Assembly (NCBI GenBank): GCA_963664225.1
Contig: OY760937.1
Span: 1,920,001-1,984,000, forward strand
Reading direction: 5' to 3'
From: Verrucomicrobiia bacterium
GTDB lineage: Bacteria > Verrucomicrobiota > Verrucomicrobiia > Limisphaerales > UBA1319
Length of the DNA stretch: 64,000 bases
Shown: positions 19,662 through 29,582 of the stretch, piece by piece
How positions within the stretch are numbered: the stretch's first letter is position 1
Layout: each line of letters begins with the position of its first letter
Program-made: the position numbers and the translations under genes
Notes under the pieces: generated by a model
Told to the model about the DNA's origin: nothing
Database searches by the model: none
Seen by the model: the letters and a program-made list of their open reading frames with translations, nothing else

Positions 19662-22658
19662 TCAATTGGCCGGGCGCACCCGGTAATACTGTGTCTGCGA
19701 AGTTCCGGAGTTATCCTGATACTCCGTGATGCGCCCCTCCCCGGTCACTATTGCCCCGGCCGCTTCCCAATGTTTCAAGTCAGGGGAGCGCTCCACCACG
19801 TATTGCTTCCCGGCTTCGGCATACCAGCGGACGGCAAAACCGCTCAACTCCATTTTGAATCGCCAATCCACCTGGGTTGGGCTGGTGCCCGAATTGAACT
19901 CCATCAGATTGGTGAAGCCGTCGTCATCCGTGTCCTTGTCGGCCGCCGCAGCAGGGTCGCTGAGAGCGCCGAAAAACTTGAGCTTCCACTCGTCGCTGAT
20001 TGTTGCGGGCGGCCTTAAGGCCCTTGTCCCCACCCAGACATCACCGGGCAACGATTGAATGTCATACTGGACATAATCGCCAAGCGTCATCGCAGCAGGG
20101 CTGGCATCAACATGCGAAAAATGGATCTGAAACGGTTGGCTGGAGCCAGCGCCATAAGGCAGCGAAAATCGCAGCCAGCCCAGAAGATTGCTGCCCTGCA
20201 GGGAGGGACTAAAGGAGGGCATCGCCCAGCCGCACAAAATATCGCTCGAAGTTGCGCCCGAAAGCGGCTCGCTCTTTGCCGGCGCCGACATGCCTGGCGC
20301 GGGCACGAAGCTCACGCTGCCGGAAATGGCCGGAGAAACCGCGGCTCGAAACATCAACCCGCTGACGTTATATCCCGGCGCCACCTTCAAATACACCGGG
20401 GCATCGACTCTTCCACCGGCCTGGGCATTTTCCACCGACAATGCGCCCAAAGTGGCTTGGCAAAACCAGGCAGCGCCTTGATCCGCTGTAACAGCCTGCC
20501 GCGTTGCCAGTCGTGCGGCACTTCCAGCCGCCGACGCCGATATCCGCACCCCGCCCGCACCCCACGTCCGATAAACCTGATCCGAGTCCAATCCCAGCGA
20601 ACGGCGTAAAATCACCATCCAATCCATGTAACGGATCATACCGTCGCCGCCCGCCGCACCCCCCGAATCCAGCGGGAAGGCGTCCATCGCGTCAAACGCA
20701 TCCGTGAATGGAAAAGGCAGTTTCACACCCATGGCGGCGTAGAAGACGTTGTTCACATCGTCGTTGTTCAGACTGCCATCCCCAAACGCGCCCGCCTCAT
20801 ACCAACGCGCGGGGGCGGTGTCGCCCACCTTGTACGTTATATTGGTCACGGTGATGTAAGTCGGCCCGTTGATTGTGAACGTCACACCCTTGTTGGCGTC
20901 GGTCGCGCCACTGGCCTGAAGAACATCGATCCGGTAACGCTGGCCCACGACCGCACCGGCGGGTACAGGCACCACCAGCATGGCCACCTGGCCGAAATTA
21001 TTCATTACAAACGCGGAATTGGTGCCAATGTAGCTGACGGTCAAACCGCGCGTGCGCCCGTACAGATACGACGCGGTGTAAAACATGGCCGGATTGGCGG
21101 CATCCGGGGAGGGACCCGCTGTGGGGATGAATGTCGAGTTCGTGATGGACAGAGCCTGGAATCCGTCTGAAATTACGGGCATATCTGCCGTTTCCGGCGT
21201 CACTTCCACACGAAATTGGAGGGAACGCAGATTTAGATTGCTCGCAAGGTTGACAATAACCGGCGCGGCTACGACCGAACCAATGCCCGCATTGAACTGG
21301 CCTGGAATGCCCATCTGACTTACAACAGGCTTAGTGCCCTGAACGACAGGACTGGCAACGCCACCCACAAAGGCAATCACTTTCAAGTCACTCAAGTCCC
21401 GGTTCGGTTCGTCCCACACAATCGTTCCCACTCCATTAATCATGGGCACCTTGAAACTGTTGGTCGTCGGCACCGATCCATCGGTCGTATAATACACCTC
21501 GGCCGCTTGGAAGAGATCGTTCGTTGGAAAATAAACTGTCACGAGTGTGCCCATCGGGAAAAAGCCGCTGGAGGGATCAATCGTGGGAACCGGGACAGTC
21601 GGCTGGCTCCCCGGAGTGGTCTCTATCGCGCCATTAAGTTTGCGGACGAGATGGTAATACACCTCGGTGTCGTAGATGACGCCGTCCGTCCCCACAGCCA
21701 CTCCCACCGGCTCCCGGCACTCGGCAAAGAGGGTACTCCCATCGGCCCAGCCCGGAAGAATGCCCGGTGCGGGAAACGTTTCCCAATCCGCCGCATCAAT
21801 ACCGCAGAGAGTCGTCACGATCCCCACGGAATTCACGAAGCGCAGCTTATGATTGTAACGGTCGGCCACGACCAGGCCTCCGCTGGGTGCCGCGGCGATT
21901 TGCTGAGGCGTGTTGAACCGGGCGATCGCCGAAGGGCCATCGGCAAAACCGGACATTCCCGCGCCGATGGTTCCCACCACAGCGCCTGTAGCCGGATTGA
22001 CTAACAAAATCACATGACCGGCACTGGAACTAACCGCCAATAAACCGCTGGTCAAGAAGGCAATGCCACGGGGTTGATTCAAACCTTCGGTGACAAGGGT
22101 CACCAGACCGCTGCTCAAAGACACCTTCTTGATCGCACCACCCGTTTCCGCCACATACAAATGATTCTGGTTGTCGGTGGTCATGGCGATCGGTCCCACC
22201 AGCAAGGCCAGAGTGGACCTATTGCCGAACCGGTCGCTTCTTATGATTTCACCCGTGCCCTGGCAGGCGATGTAGAGGTTTGAATTCGTATCCAACACCA
22301 CCGCCACCGGCTGACTCAGGTTTTTCAAAAGTGTGATGGTGCGCCCGGCGGTCAAATCCATGCGGCGAACGCTGTTATTATCGCGATCGGCAACATAGAG
22401 ATAATTTGTGCCGATGGCGCAGCCTGCCGGAGTGTGAAACTGGGATTGGCTCAGGCTCAATCCATCCTGATTGCCGTAGTTTGGACCGCCGCTCACGATT
22501 GGACCGCCACCCAAAGTGGTGACTTGCGCGCCGATCTGAGCCAGTAGAGCTGCGGGCATCATCGCCACCAGAGCACAGACTCCCACTGCCGCGCGCAATC
22601 CCAATCGGGAGGAAACCCGGCGCGGGAGAAACTGTTGAATAAATTTATAAAATGGCAT
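19662..22658 (-). CDS. Large secreted NHL / cohesin-like / dockerin-like protein (paralog 1)
   Basis: Same architecture; 'VYYTTDGSVP', 'LRSLQFRVEV', 'GDGSLNNDDV...GGDGMIRYMDW', 'DTDDDGFTNLMEF'; ends QYYRVRPAN. Confidence 0.75.
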   Translation of the reverse strand: MPFYKFIQQFLPRRVSSRLGLRAAVGVCALVAMMPAALLAQIGAQVTTLGGGPIVSGGPNYGNQDGLSLSQSQFHTPAGCAIGTNYLYVADRDNNSVRRMDLTAGRTITLLKNLSQPVAVVLDTNSNLYIACQGTGEIIRSDRFGNRSTLALLVGPIAMTTDNQNHLYVAETGGAIKKVSLSSGLVTLVTEGLNQPRGIAFLTSGLLAVSSSAGHVILLVNPATGAVVGTIGAGMSGFADGPSAIARFNTPQQIAAAPSGGLVVADRYNHKLRFVNSVGIVTTLCGIDAADWETFPAPGILPGWADGSTLFAECREPVGVAVGTDGVIYDTEVYYHLVRKLNGAIETTPGSQPTVPVPTIDPSSGFFPMGTLVTVYFPTNDLFQAAEVYYTTDGSVPTTNSFKVPMINGVGTIVWDEPNRDLSDLKVIAFVGGVASPVVQGTKPVVSQMGIPGQFNAGIGSVVAAPVIVNLASNLNLRSLQFRVEVTPETADMPVISDGFQALSITNSTFIPTAGPSPDAANPAMFYTASYLYGRTRGLTVSYIGTNSAFVMNNFGQVAMLVVPVPAGAVVGQRYRIDVLQASGATDANKGVTFTINGPTYITVTNITYKVGDTAPARWYEAGAFGDGSLNNDDVNNVFYAAMGVKLPFPFTDAFDAMDAFPLDSGGAAGGDGMIRYMDWMVILRRSLGLDSDQVYRTWGAGGVRISASAAGSAARLATRQAVTADQGAAWFCQATLGALSVENAQAGGRVDAPVYLKVAPGYNVSGLMFRAAVSPAISGSVSFVPAPGMSAPAKSEPLSGATSSDILCGWAMPSFSPSLQGSNLLGWLRFSLPYGAGSSQPFQIHFSHVDASPAAMTLGDYVQYDIQSLPGDVWVGTRALRPPATISDEWKLKFFGALSDPAAAADKDTDDDGFTNLMEFNSGTSPTQVDWRFKMELSGFAVRWYAEAGKQYVVERSPDLKHWEAAGAIVTGEGRITEYQDNSGTSQTQYYRVRPAN

Positions 22659-22675
22659 GGCGGATTTCCAAGGCG

Positions 22676-24796
22676 TTAATATTGATCCTGGATCGGTTTA
22701 TTCCAGTTCACCGGTTTGCCGCTATCCCACGGAGACGTCTTTTTGTTGCTTGAATCCGTGGCCCTGGTTTCGAGGAATTTGCTTTCCCCCAACTCCTGGA
22801 AATCCTCGCTTTTGACTATCGATGGGGTGATGAATATCAGCAGGTTCTGCTTGAGTCTTGTCTTGCTGTCCTTGCGGAAAAGCAAGCCGATACCCGGCAT
22901 GTCGCCTAGGATTGGAACTTTGGTCTGGGCTTTCGTGTTGCTGTCGCTCATCAATCCGCCCATCACCAGCGTGTGTCCGCTGGGAATGACCACATGCGTC
23001 TCGATTTTGCGAATCGCGTAAATATTGGCCACGTTGTTCTGCCCGTTGATGACCTGCTGGTCCTTGCCATCGATATTCGAAACCTCAGGCTGAACATGCA
23101 ACGCGATGCTGTTACTGCCAGAGATCCTGGGGGTCACATTGAGCCGGGTGCCCATATTGGTGTATTGGACCTGTGAGCCACCCGCCACATTCGCGGATCC
23201 GGGCGTGATTTGGAAGATAGGGAAGGCTCGCGTGACCTCAAGCGTGGCCATTTCGTTATCCAAGGTGACCGCGCGGGGTGTCGAAACGACCTCGGTATCC
23301 GAGTCCTTGTTCAGAAAAGAGAGCACCGCGTTGACACCATCGGCATTCAAAAAGGCCACATTCGGAGAAAAACCCTTGGCCGTATTCATACTCAAACCAC
23401 CGGGCAGGCTGCTGGGCAAAACGCTGCTGCTGCTGCTCCCGCCACTGCTGCCACCGCCGCTCCCGCTGCTGCCCACGGTCGTCGTGTATGTCGAGGCCGA
23501 GGAGGATCCCCCATCCCCGGTCACGGTCCGCCCACTTGGCAAAACAACGGAGGATCCCGCGCCAGGAGTGGTGGTCGTGGAAGAACTGGTGGTTTGGCCG
23601 TTGCCGAAAGAGACATGCTGGGCCTCGAGCGTGCCGGACCAGTCGATGCCTTTGACTGACTGGGGATTCTGCGAGGTCTCCAACAGGCGCGCCTCAATGA
23701 GCACCTGGCGCGTGGCAGTGTCGAGTTTCTTGATCAATGCATCGACTGCCTCCATCTCCTTCTCCGTGGCCATCACCACCAACTGACTGGTGCGGGTGTC
23801 GGGTATCACCATGCTGCGCGTGGGTGGCGTCAGAGCGGCCTTGATGATGACCACCATGTTCGTGGGATCGCTGTACTGAAGCTGGATTATTTTCGTGACC
23901 AGCGGCTCCGGTGCGGCGGGGTCCTTGATGGTGACGCGCGAAACCTGCGTTTTGGGGTCCAACACCAACTGGTAACCATAGTTATTCAGAACCGCCATCA
24001 GAACCTGGCGCGCGGTGACATTCTCCAGACGCAAACTCACCATGGGCTGGGGCACTGGTTTGCCATCCGGTCCAACCGCCGCCTGAATGCGGGGATCGAA
24101 CTGAAAATTGATTTTGGCCTGGCGGCAGAGCGTTTTGATGACATCCAACAAGGGGGCGTCCTCAAATGTCACCAGCGGCATCACCTCGGTCGCCTCTGCA
24201 GCGCCCTGGAAAGCCCCCAGATCCACCGGTCCATTAGTGTCCCCGGCACTTGCGACCACCGGTGTGCGAACCTCCTCCAAAATGAGGGATGGCGCCGGCG
24301 GGGCCGCGTTGGTCCCCGTGATCACTGCGGGAGTGATTTTGACGGCTGTGGACGCCGCGTTGGTGACTCCTGTGTCGATTGAAGGATCTTTGATGGTGAT
24401 CCGGGAAATCCCCGTGGTCATATCCGGTACCAACTGAAAACCGTGTTCAACGAGCACCACGTTCAAAACCTGGCGGGCGGTGACATTTTCCATGTTCAGA
24501 TTAACCGATATCTCAGGCCTGTCGGACGCCCTGATCACGTCCTGAACACGCGGATCAATCTGGTAGCTGATCCTCGCCTGGCGACAGAGGATTTTGATTA
24601 CTTCCATCAGCGGCGCATCCTCAAATTTCACCTGGGGCATGACCACATCCGTCAGTGGCGAAGGCTCGGTGCCCGAAGCGATCTGCCCGGGAGGCGGACT
24701 TGCGGGAGAGTTGGTTGACGCGGAGCTCGCGGCCACGGCGCTCCATGCCAATAAATTGGCGCATACACACAGAAGAATTGCATCAATTGTTTTCAT
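22676..24796 (-). CDS. pilQ: Secretin (PilQ/GspD family) with duplicated N-terminal domain
   Basis: 'D.RT..LVV.AT......V..LI..LD...RQVLIEARLLE', 'GTRLNVTPRI', 'TLVMGGLM.......KVPILGDMPGIG.LFR', 'LLIFITPSIV'. Confidence 0.88.
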   Translation of the reverse strand: MKTIDAILLCVCANLLAWSAVAASSASTNSPASPPPGQIASGTEPSPLTDVVMPQVKFEDAPLMEVIKILCRQARISYQIDPRVQDVIRASDRPEISVNLNMENVTARQVLNVVLVEHGFQLVPDMTTGISRITIKDPSIDTGVTNAASTAVKITPAVITGTNAAPPAPSLILEEVRTPVVASAGDTNGPVDLGAFQGAAEATEVMPLVTFEDAPLLDVIKTLCRQAKINFQFDPRIQAAVGPDGKPVPQPMVSLRLENVTARQVLMAVLNNYGYQLVLDPKTQVSRVTIKDPAAPEPLVTKIIQLQYSDPTNMVVIIKAALTPPTRSMVIPDTRTSQLVVMATEKEMEAVDALIKKLDTATRQVLIEARLLETSQNPQSVKGIDWSGTLEAQHVSFGNGQTTSSSTTTTPGAGSSVVLPSGRTVTGDGGSSSASTYTTTVGSSGSGGGSSGGSSSSSVLPSSLPGGLSMNTAKGFSPNVAFLNADGVNAVLSFLNKDSDTEVVSTPRAVTLDNEMATLEVTRAFPIFQITPGSANVAGGSQVQYTNMGTRLNVTPRISGSNSIALHVQPEVSNIDGKDQQVINGQNNVANIYAIRKIETHVVIPSGHTLVMGGLMSDSNTKAQTKVPILGDMPGIGLLFRKDSKTRLKQNLLIFITPSIVKSEDFQELGESKFLETRATDSSNKKTSPWDSGKPVNWNKPIQDQY

Positions 24797-24865
24797 TCCA
24801 CACGATTCGCAGTTTTTCCGCGCTCAAACGCGCGGAGTCGTCCGGACCAGGCCGGACTTCTTCCA

Positions 24866-25372
24866 CTATTCCAGCCGCATACGGAGGTTGTAACGTTCGG
24901 GCTTGCCGACGACACACACGACCACGGAGCCTTCCTTGATTTCCAGGCATTGTACGACCAGTTTGCCCCCTTCGACATTGACCTCATTGGTTTCACCCGC
25001 CGCAAAATGCCGGTTATTAATCAGAGCCAGCTTCCGATTTTCCGTGCCAGAAACGATCCCTTTCAAAAAAAGAAGCGTATTCGCTTTGGGTGCCGCCGGT
25101 TTGGCATCCTTGTTTTCGCTGGTTGCCGGCGCCGATTGCATCCGTCTTGCAGATCTCGGATAAAATGGATCCCTGTCGCCGCTGGCCACGTCATCGTGAA
25201 AGACCGACTTTGGAATGACGACAACGATCGGCGCGGAATTTGTCATGGGAGCGGCTGCCTTTTGCGGCATCGCGGCAGGCGCGGCCTGAAGCATTCCACC
25301 GCACACGGCGAACATCAGGGCCAAAGCCCGGCCGCTGTGTACCCGCAGCCAGTATTTCATCGAAAATCTCAT
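24866..25372 (-). CDS. PilP/GspC-like periplasmic protein
   Basis: Signal peptide, 'RDPFYP' motif, 'LKGIV......LALINN' beta domain; position between pilO-like gene and secretin. Confidence 0.65.
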   Translation of the reverse strand: MRFSMKYWLRVHSGRALALMFAVCGGMLQAAPAAMPQKAAAPMTNSAPIVVVIPKSVFHDDVASGDRDPFYPRSARRMQSAPATSENKDAKPAAPKANTLLFLKGIVSGTENRKLALINNRHFAAGETNEVNVEGGKLVVQCLEIKEGSVVVCVVGKPERYNLRMRLE

Positions 25373-25385
25373 TTGCGGTCAGGAG

Positions 25386-25970
25386 TCATTTGATGCCCGC
25401 GACTTTTACCAGAGCCACTATTTCCATTCTGAACTCGAGTTTCTCTGGTTCGTCGGAGTTCAATCCAGTCGCGGGACGCAATTCCACATTCTGCACCTGC
25501 ATGTACGGATAATTGTTCTCGAAATCCGCCAAAAACCTTCCGAAATCGTGGTACAACGCCGTGCCGCTAATCGAAAACGTGGCGGCCGAATAGGGAAAAT
25601 CCGGCAGAAGGCCAATCGGGCCCAACTGTGCCGGGGAATAGCTCGGAATTGAAACCCGGTAGGGGGCCTTGAACTTGTTGAGTGTCAGGATCGCCCAGGA
25701 ATACACGTCGCCCGAAGCCATGCTGTCCTCAATATCCCGCAGATTGTTGATCTTCTGGTCCAGTTCCTCCTGAATCTGGCCCGAACGGTGGATGATCGAT
25801 GTAGCGTGATCCAGATTTGCCTGGGCGGCGCTGATCTTCTTCTGCCGCTCCACAAGAGTCCCGTTCAAGCTCTGCACCAGCAGCATCCACAACGCGACAA
25901 TCACGACGCACGTGCCTGCCACAATCATGATGATGCGGTCCCGCTGCGTCCTGGTCATTCCGGGCATCAT
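25386..25970 (-). CDS. PilO/GspM-like inner-membrane assembly protein
   Basis: N-terminal TM, coiled coil, 'G..YHDFGRFLADFEN' motif; ATGA overlap with the pilN-like gene. Confidence 0.72.
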   Translation of the reverse strand: MMPGMTRTQRDRIIMIVAGTCVVIVALWMLLVQSLNGTLVERQKKISAAQANLDHATSIIHRSGQIQEELDQKINNLRDIEDSMASGDVYSWAILTLNKFKAPYRVSIPSYSPAQLGPIGLLPDFPYSAATFSISGTALYHDFGRFLADFENNYPYMQVQNVELRPATGLNSDEPEKLEFRMEIVALVKVAGIK

Positions 25971-26632
25971 CGCACCACCTCCGGAAACTGGCCCTCCAAT
26001 GTGAACAGTACAAAGGTGCGGCCCGCCTCGGCAGGATCGATCTGCGGTTGGGCCCGCGCGGTCAATCGCAGACAGTTCTCATTGGTGAGATACTTCTTGA
26101 GCAACGAATTATCCAGCATCCTTTTCTTGAATATATCGATGGTCTCCCCGCTGGACGGACCGTAGTCTCTCGCATCGATCACCATGCTGATGTTCTCCCT
26201 GGATGTTGCGGGTTTGCCCTTGACGCCTTCCTTGGCTTTGACTGCGGGTGTCAGAACATAAGTTTGTTTGGTCCGAAGACTGACCAGTTGAACATTCTCA
26301 ACTGTGCTGAATTGAAGAGCGTCCAAAAATGATCCCCACAACATCCGGTTGGTCGCCAGATCATTGAGGGCGTCGAGTTTCTGGGTGATTTCGCGGATCC
26401 GGTTCAAATTCGTGGTCACGTTGCTGTTGGTTGCTTCCAGAGAGTGCCATCGCATGTCCAGCGAGGCCGCCTCCGATTCCGCAGCCCAGCACTTGAGCCA
26501 AATGCCAAGGCTCCAGATCAGGACCACCGCCACCGCAAAGCCCGCGAGCCATACCGCGCGCTTGACGGGATCCCGCAAGCGCATTTCCTGGGCCAGTTGC
26601 TGCTCCGCGAGCAAGTTGATGCGTATCGCCAT
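25967..26632 (-). CDS. pilN: PilN-like assembly protein
   Basis: Starts MAIRINLL (the PilN 'INLL(P)' PilM-binding motif), then TM, coiled coil and 'W..FLDAL'. Confidence 0.75.
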   Translation of the reverse strand: MAIRINLLAEQQLAQEMRLRDPVKRAVWLAGFAVAVVLIWSLGIWLKCWAAESEAASLDMRWHSLEATNSNVTTNLNRIREITQKLDALNDLATNRMLWGSFLDALQFSTVENVQLVSLRTKQTYVLTPAVKAKEGVKGKPATSRENISMVIDARDYGPSSGETIDIFKKRMLDNSLLKKYLTNENCLRLTARAQPQIDPAEAGRTFVLFTLEGQFPEVVR

Positions 26633-26634
26633 AA

Positions 26635-27705
26635 CTAAAAAGCCGACAATGCGGCCCCAATCGCCACCGCAAGATCCGCGGTTGCCTGCTCGAATTCCAT
26701 GCGCTGCTGGGCTGAAAGTGCAAGCTCCAATCCCAGCACACCGGCGGGATTCCAGCTCTTGCATGGAACCATGAGTTCTGTTTGCAGCACCTGAAGCACG
26801 AACTCCGACCGCGCCGCCGCGCCGGATACCAGCACCTGGGTCACGGTCTTGTCCTGCTGATGCTCATAAAAATCGATGGAAGCCCTGAGTTCCCGGCCAA
26901 TTGGCGCGAGCAGAGGTTGAAGCGTCGATTCGACATCCTGCGGCATGCCCACCTTGATGCCCTCGGCCTCGGCATAAGTGATGTTCATCATGTCCGCCAG
27001 GCTCGCCGTCAATTTGTCTCCTCCCAGCGCGACCACCCGGTTGAGCATCAATTCCCCACGCTCAAGTATGTTGATCGACGAATGTCGGAAGCCCAAATCC
27101 ACCAATGCGATCACTTCCTTTTGAAAAATCTCCGGCTGGGCGATCTCCAAGGCGTTGGGCGGTCCGATCAGGTTGGGGACCACCATCTCCAGCGTCACTC
27201 CCGCCAACCGCGCAGCCGCCTGTAATTCGTCCAGATATGGCCGTCGCGCCCCCCCCACAATCACCTTGCATTTGGCCGGCATCTTGCCTGTTTCAGGCCC
27301 CGGAACGACCGCCTTGGGCGGCAGCGCGACACAGTCGAAAACATAGTCGGGCAAATCCTGCTGCAAATAACTTTTCGGATTCAGCTTGAGCATCGTCCGC
27401 ATGTCAGAAACCGGAACCAGCGGCATCTCAGTATGCCGCATGAGCGATTCGCCCACATCCATCGCCAGCACAGCCTGTTTGGTGCGCCCCCCCAGGCTTT
27501 GCATCACTTTGCGCAAATGCTCACCCAGCACCTCGCGCGGAATCCCTGACTCGGAGATCGGAGTTGGTTGAATCGTGAAACTCAGAAGCGCGTAGCCCTC
27601 TCCCCGGCGCTGCAAATGAATGGCCTTGGTGGCATGCGCGCCCAGATCGATAGCGGCGATCTGTTCACGCCTCTTGGGTTTAACGCTGAATCCTGAAAAG
27701 GCCAT
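26635..27705 (-). CDS. pilM: Type IV pilus assembly protein PilM (actin-like)
   Basis: 'AIDLGAHATKAI', 'ALVDLGFRHSSINI', 'GGDKLT', 'EAEGIK', 'ELRASIDFY', 'VSGAAA', 'AVAIGAAL'. Confidence 0.9.
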   Translation of the reverse strand: MAFSGFSVKPKRREQIAAIDLGAHATKAIHLQRRGEGYALLSFTIQPTPISESGIPREVLGEHLRKVMQSLGGRTKQAVLAMDVGESLMRHTEMPLVPVSDMRTMLKLNPKSYLQQDLPDYVFDCVALPPKAVVPGPETGKMPAKCKVIVGGARRPYLDELQAAARLAGVTLEMVVPNLIGPPNALEIAQPEIFQKEVIALVDLGFRHSSINILERGELMLNRVVALGGDKLTASLADMMNITYAEAEGIKVGMPQDVESTLQPLLAPIGRELRASIDFYEHQQDKTVTQVLVSGAAARSEFVLQVLQTELMVPCKSWNPAGVLGLELALSAQQRMEFEQATADLAVAIGAALSAF

Positions 27706-28204
27706 GATTGATTAGTTCTTCATTTCGCAGTAAACACTTTGACCGCACCCCGGCCCCAAATAGTCATCCTGTCATTCAATTCTGGAAACCCCTTCCCACG
27801 CTGTATGAAGGCATACCGTATTGGTTTGGGTTTTTACTGTCAAGTTTACAATTATTAATTTTAATCAGACAGACTCCCGGCTTTTTACGTTCTTGGCGCA
27901 CAACCCCACTCCCTGCATTATCGCAACCGGCACGGACACCAATCGATCCGGCCGCACTCCCTTGCAGGTTGTGCCATTTATTCGATGTGTCCTTCGCAAG
28001 CAAGTGTAATGCCATAGCGAAAGCCCCTGTCTGTTAGCAATATGCCCAGCCGCACGTTGTCTTATTTGTGGAATCGTGTCCACAAAATCCGGTCGCTCGC
28101 AGGGAGCTCTGCGATCTCCCGCAAAGTTGCGCCTCGGATTATTTTTTCTCATTTCTTTTTCGCAATCATGAGAAACATTAGCTCAAAATCAGCGCAGATT
28201 TTTT

Positions 28205-28232
28205 TTGACAGGCAACGATTATTTGTTAAATT
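28205..28232 (+). promoter_or_regulatory. Putative sigma70 promoter upstream of cysK
   Basis: TTGACA-16 nt-TAAATT with TG extended -10, about 240 nt before the cysK ATG. Confidence 0.55.
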
Positions 28233-28474
28233 ACGACAAGATTGATCGTTTATAGATTGTTGCCCGGCGATTTCCTGAACAAACTTGGGAATCGGATCAT
28301 GCGTCTTGCGCACGAATCATGCGAAGCGAATAAAGCTGGGATTAATTAACGACAACTCGAATCGACTTTACAGATTGCCTGAGGCGTCTTGGACGGGATT
28401 TTCGCGCCGTAGATTGGGATCTCCACGTCTGGCGGGAATTGGATAAATCGGTATAGTAAACGAAAAGGAAAAAT

Positions 28475-29434
28475 ATGGCACATATTTACAACGACATCAC
28501 CGAAACCATAGGCAATACTCCCCTGGTTCGGCTCAACCGCACCGCCCGCAAACATGGCGCCGTGGCGGAGATCCTCCTCAAGCTCGAGTTTTTCAACCCG
28601 CTCTCCAGCGTCAAGGACCGCATCGGCGTGGCCATGATTGATGCCGCCACCAAGGCCGGACTCATCAAGGCCGACACCGTCTTGATCGAACCGACCAGCG
28701 GAAACACAGGCATCGCCCTGGCCTTTGTAGCAGCCGCCCGGGGACTGAAGCTCATTCTCACAATGCCCGAAACGATGACGGCGGAACGCAAAAAGCTCCT
28801 GAAAATTCTTGGCGCAAAGCTCATCCTCACCGAGGGCGCCAAAGGAATGAAGGGCGCGATTGCCAAAGCCGAGGAACTTCGCGCGAAAATTCCCAACAGC
28901 ATCATCCTCCAGCAATTCTCCAATCCAGCCAATCCCGAGATTCACCGAAAGACCACCGCCGAGGAAATTTGGCGCGATACCGATGGAAAAGTGGACTTCC
29001 TCGTCGCGGGCATTGGCACGGGCGGCACCATCACCGGCGTCTCCGAAGTCATCAAATCGCGCAAACCCTCATTTAAATCCATTGCCGTGGAACCGGCAGG
29101 CTCCCCGGTCCTTTCAGGTGGCAAGCCCGGTCCCCATAAGCTCCAGGGCTTGGGCGCGGGATTCGTCCCCGATGTGCTCAACACCAAAATCCTCGACGAA
29201 ATCATTCAGGTAAAAGAGGAGGATTCCGGCCCCATCTCCAAAGAGGTCAACCAACTCGACGGCATCCCCGTGGGCATCTCGAGCGGAGCAGCCATTTGGG
29301 CCGCCCTGCAACTGGCAAAACGCCCCGAGAATAAAGGAAAACAAATCGTCGTCATCGTCCCCTCCTCCACAGAACGCTACCTCAGTTCCTGGCTCTTCGC
29401 CGATGTGAACATCGAAAGCGACAGCGCGGATTAA
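28475..29434 (+). CDS. cysK: Cysteine synthase A
   Basis: 'IGNTPLVRL', '[10 protein letters not shown]' (PLP lysine), '[11 protein letters not shown]', '[10 protein letters not shown]', 'GISSGAA'. Confidence 0.96.
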   Translation: MAHIYNDITETIGNTPLVRLNRTARKHGAVAEILLKLEFFNPLSSVKDRIGVAMIDAATKAGLIKADTVLIEPTSGNTGIALAFVAAARGLKLILTMPETMTAERKKLLKILGAKLILTEGAKGMKGAIAKAEELRAKIPNSIILQQFSNPANPEIHRKTTAEEIWRDTDGKVDFLVAGIGTGGTITGVSEVIKSRKPSFKSIAVEPAGSPVLSGGKPGPHKLQGLGAGFVPDVLNTKILDEIIQVKEEDSGPISKEVNQLDGIPVGISSGAAIWAALQLAKRPENKGKQIVVIVPSSTERYLSSWLFADVNIESDSAD

Positions 29435-29456
29435 CCGCCTTCGCCGTTTAATTGCG

Positions 29457-29487
29457 ATGGAACGGCCCGTTTTTCGGGCCGTTCCAT
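29457..29487. terminator. Perfect hairpin after cysK (probable terminator)
   Basis: atggaacggcccg-ttttt-cgggccgttccat. Confidence 0.55.
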
Positions 29488-29582
29488 GAGCTTTGGCCCC
29501 TCCAAGCGCGCCTCATGGCGCCTGCTTGCATTCTTCCTTTGCCTTGCATTTCCCCTCGCATGGCACTCTATTGGTTACGGTC

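Noticed and set aside
27706..28200. c-di-GMP or other known riboswitch upstream of pilM
   Set aside because: I could not find the GEMM GNRA/GCAAA two-hairpin consensus on the coding strand by eye; an Rfam scan would be needed.
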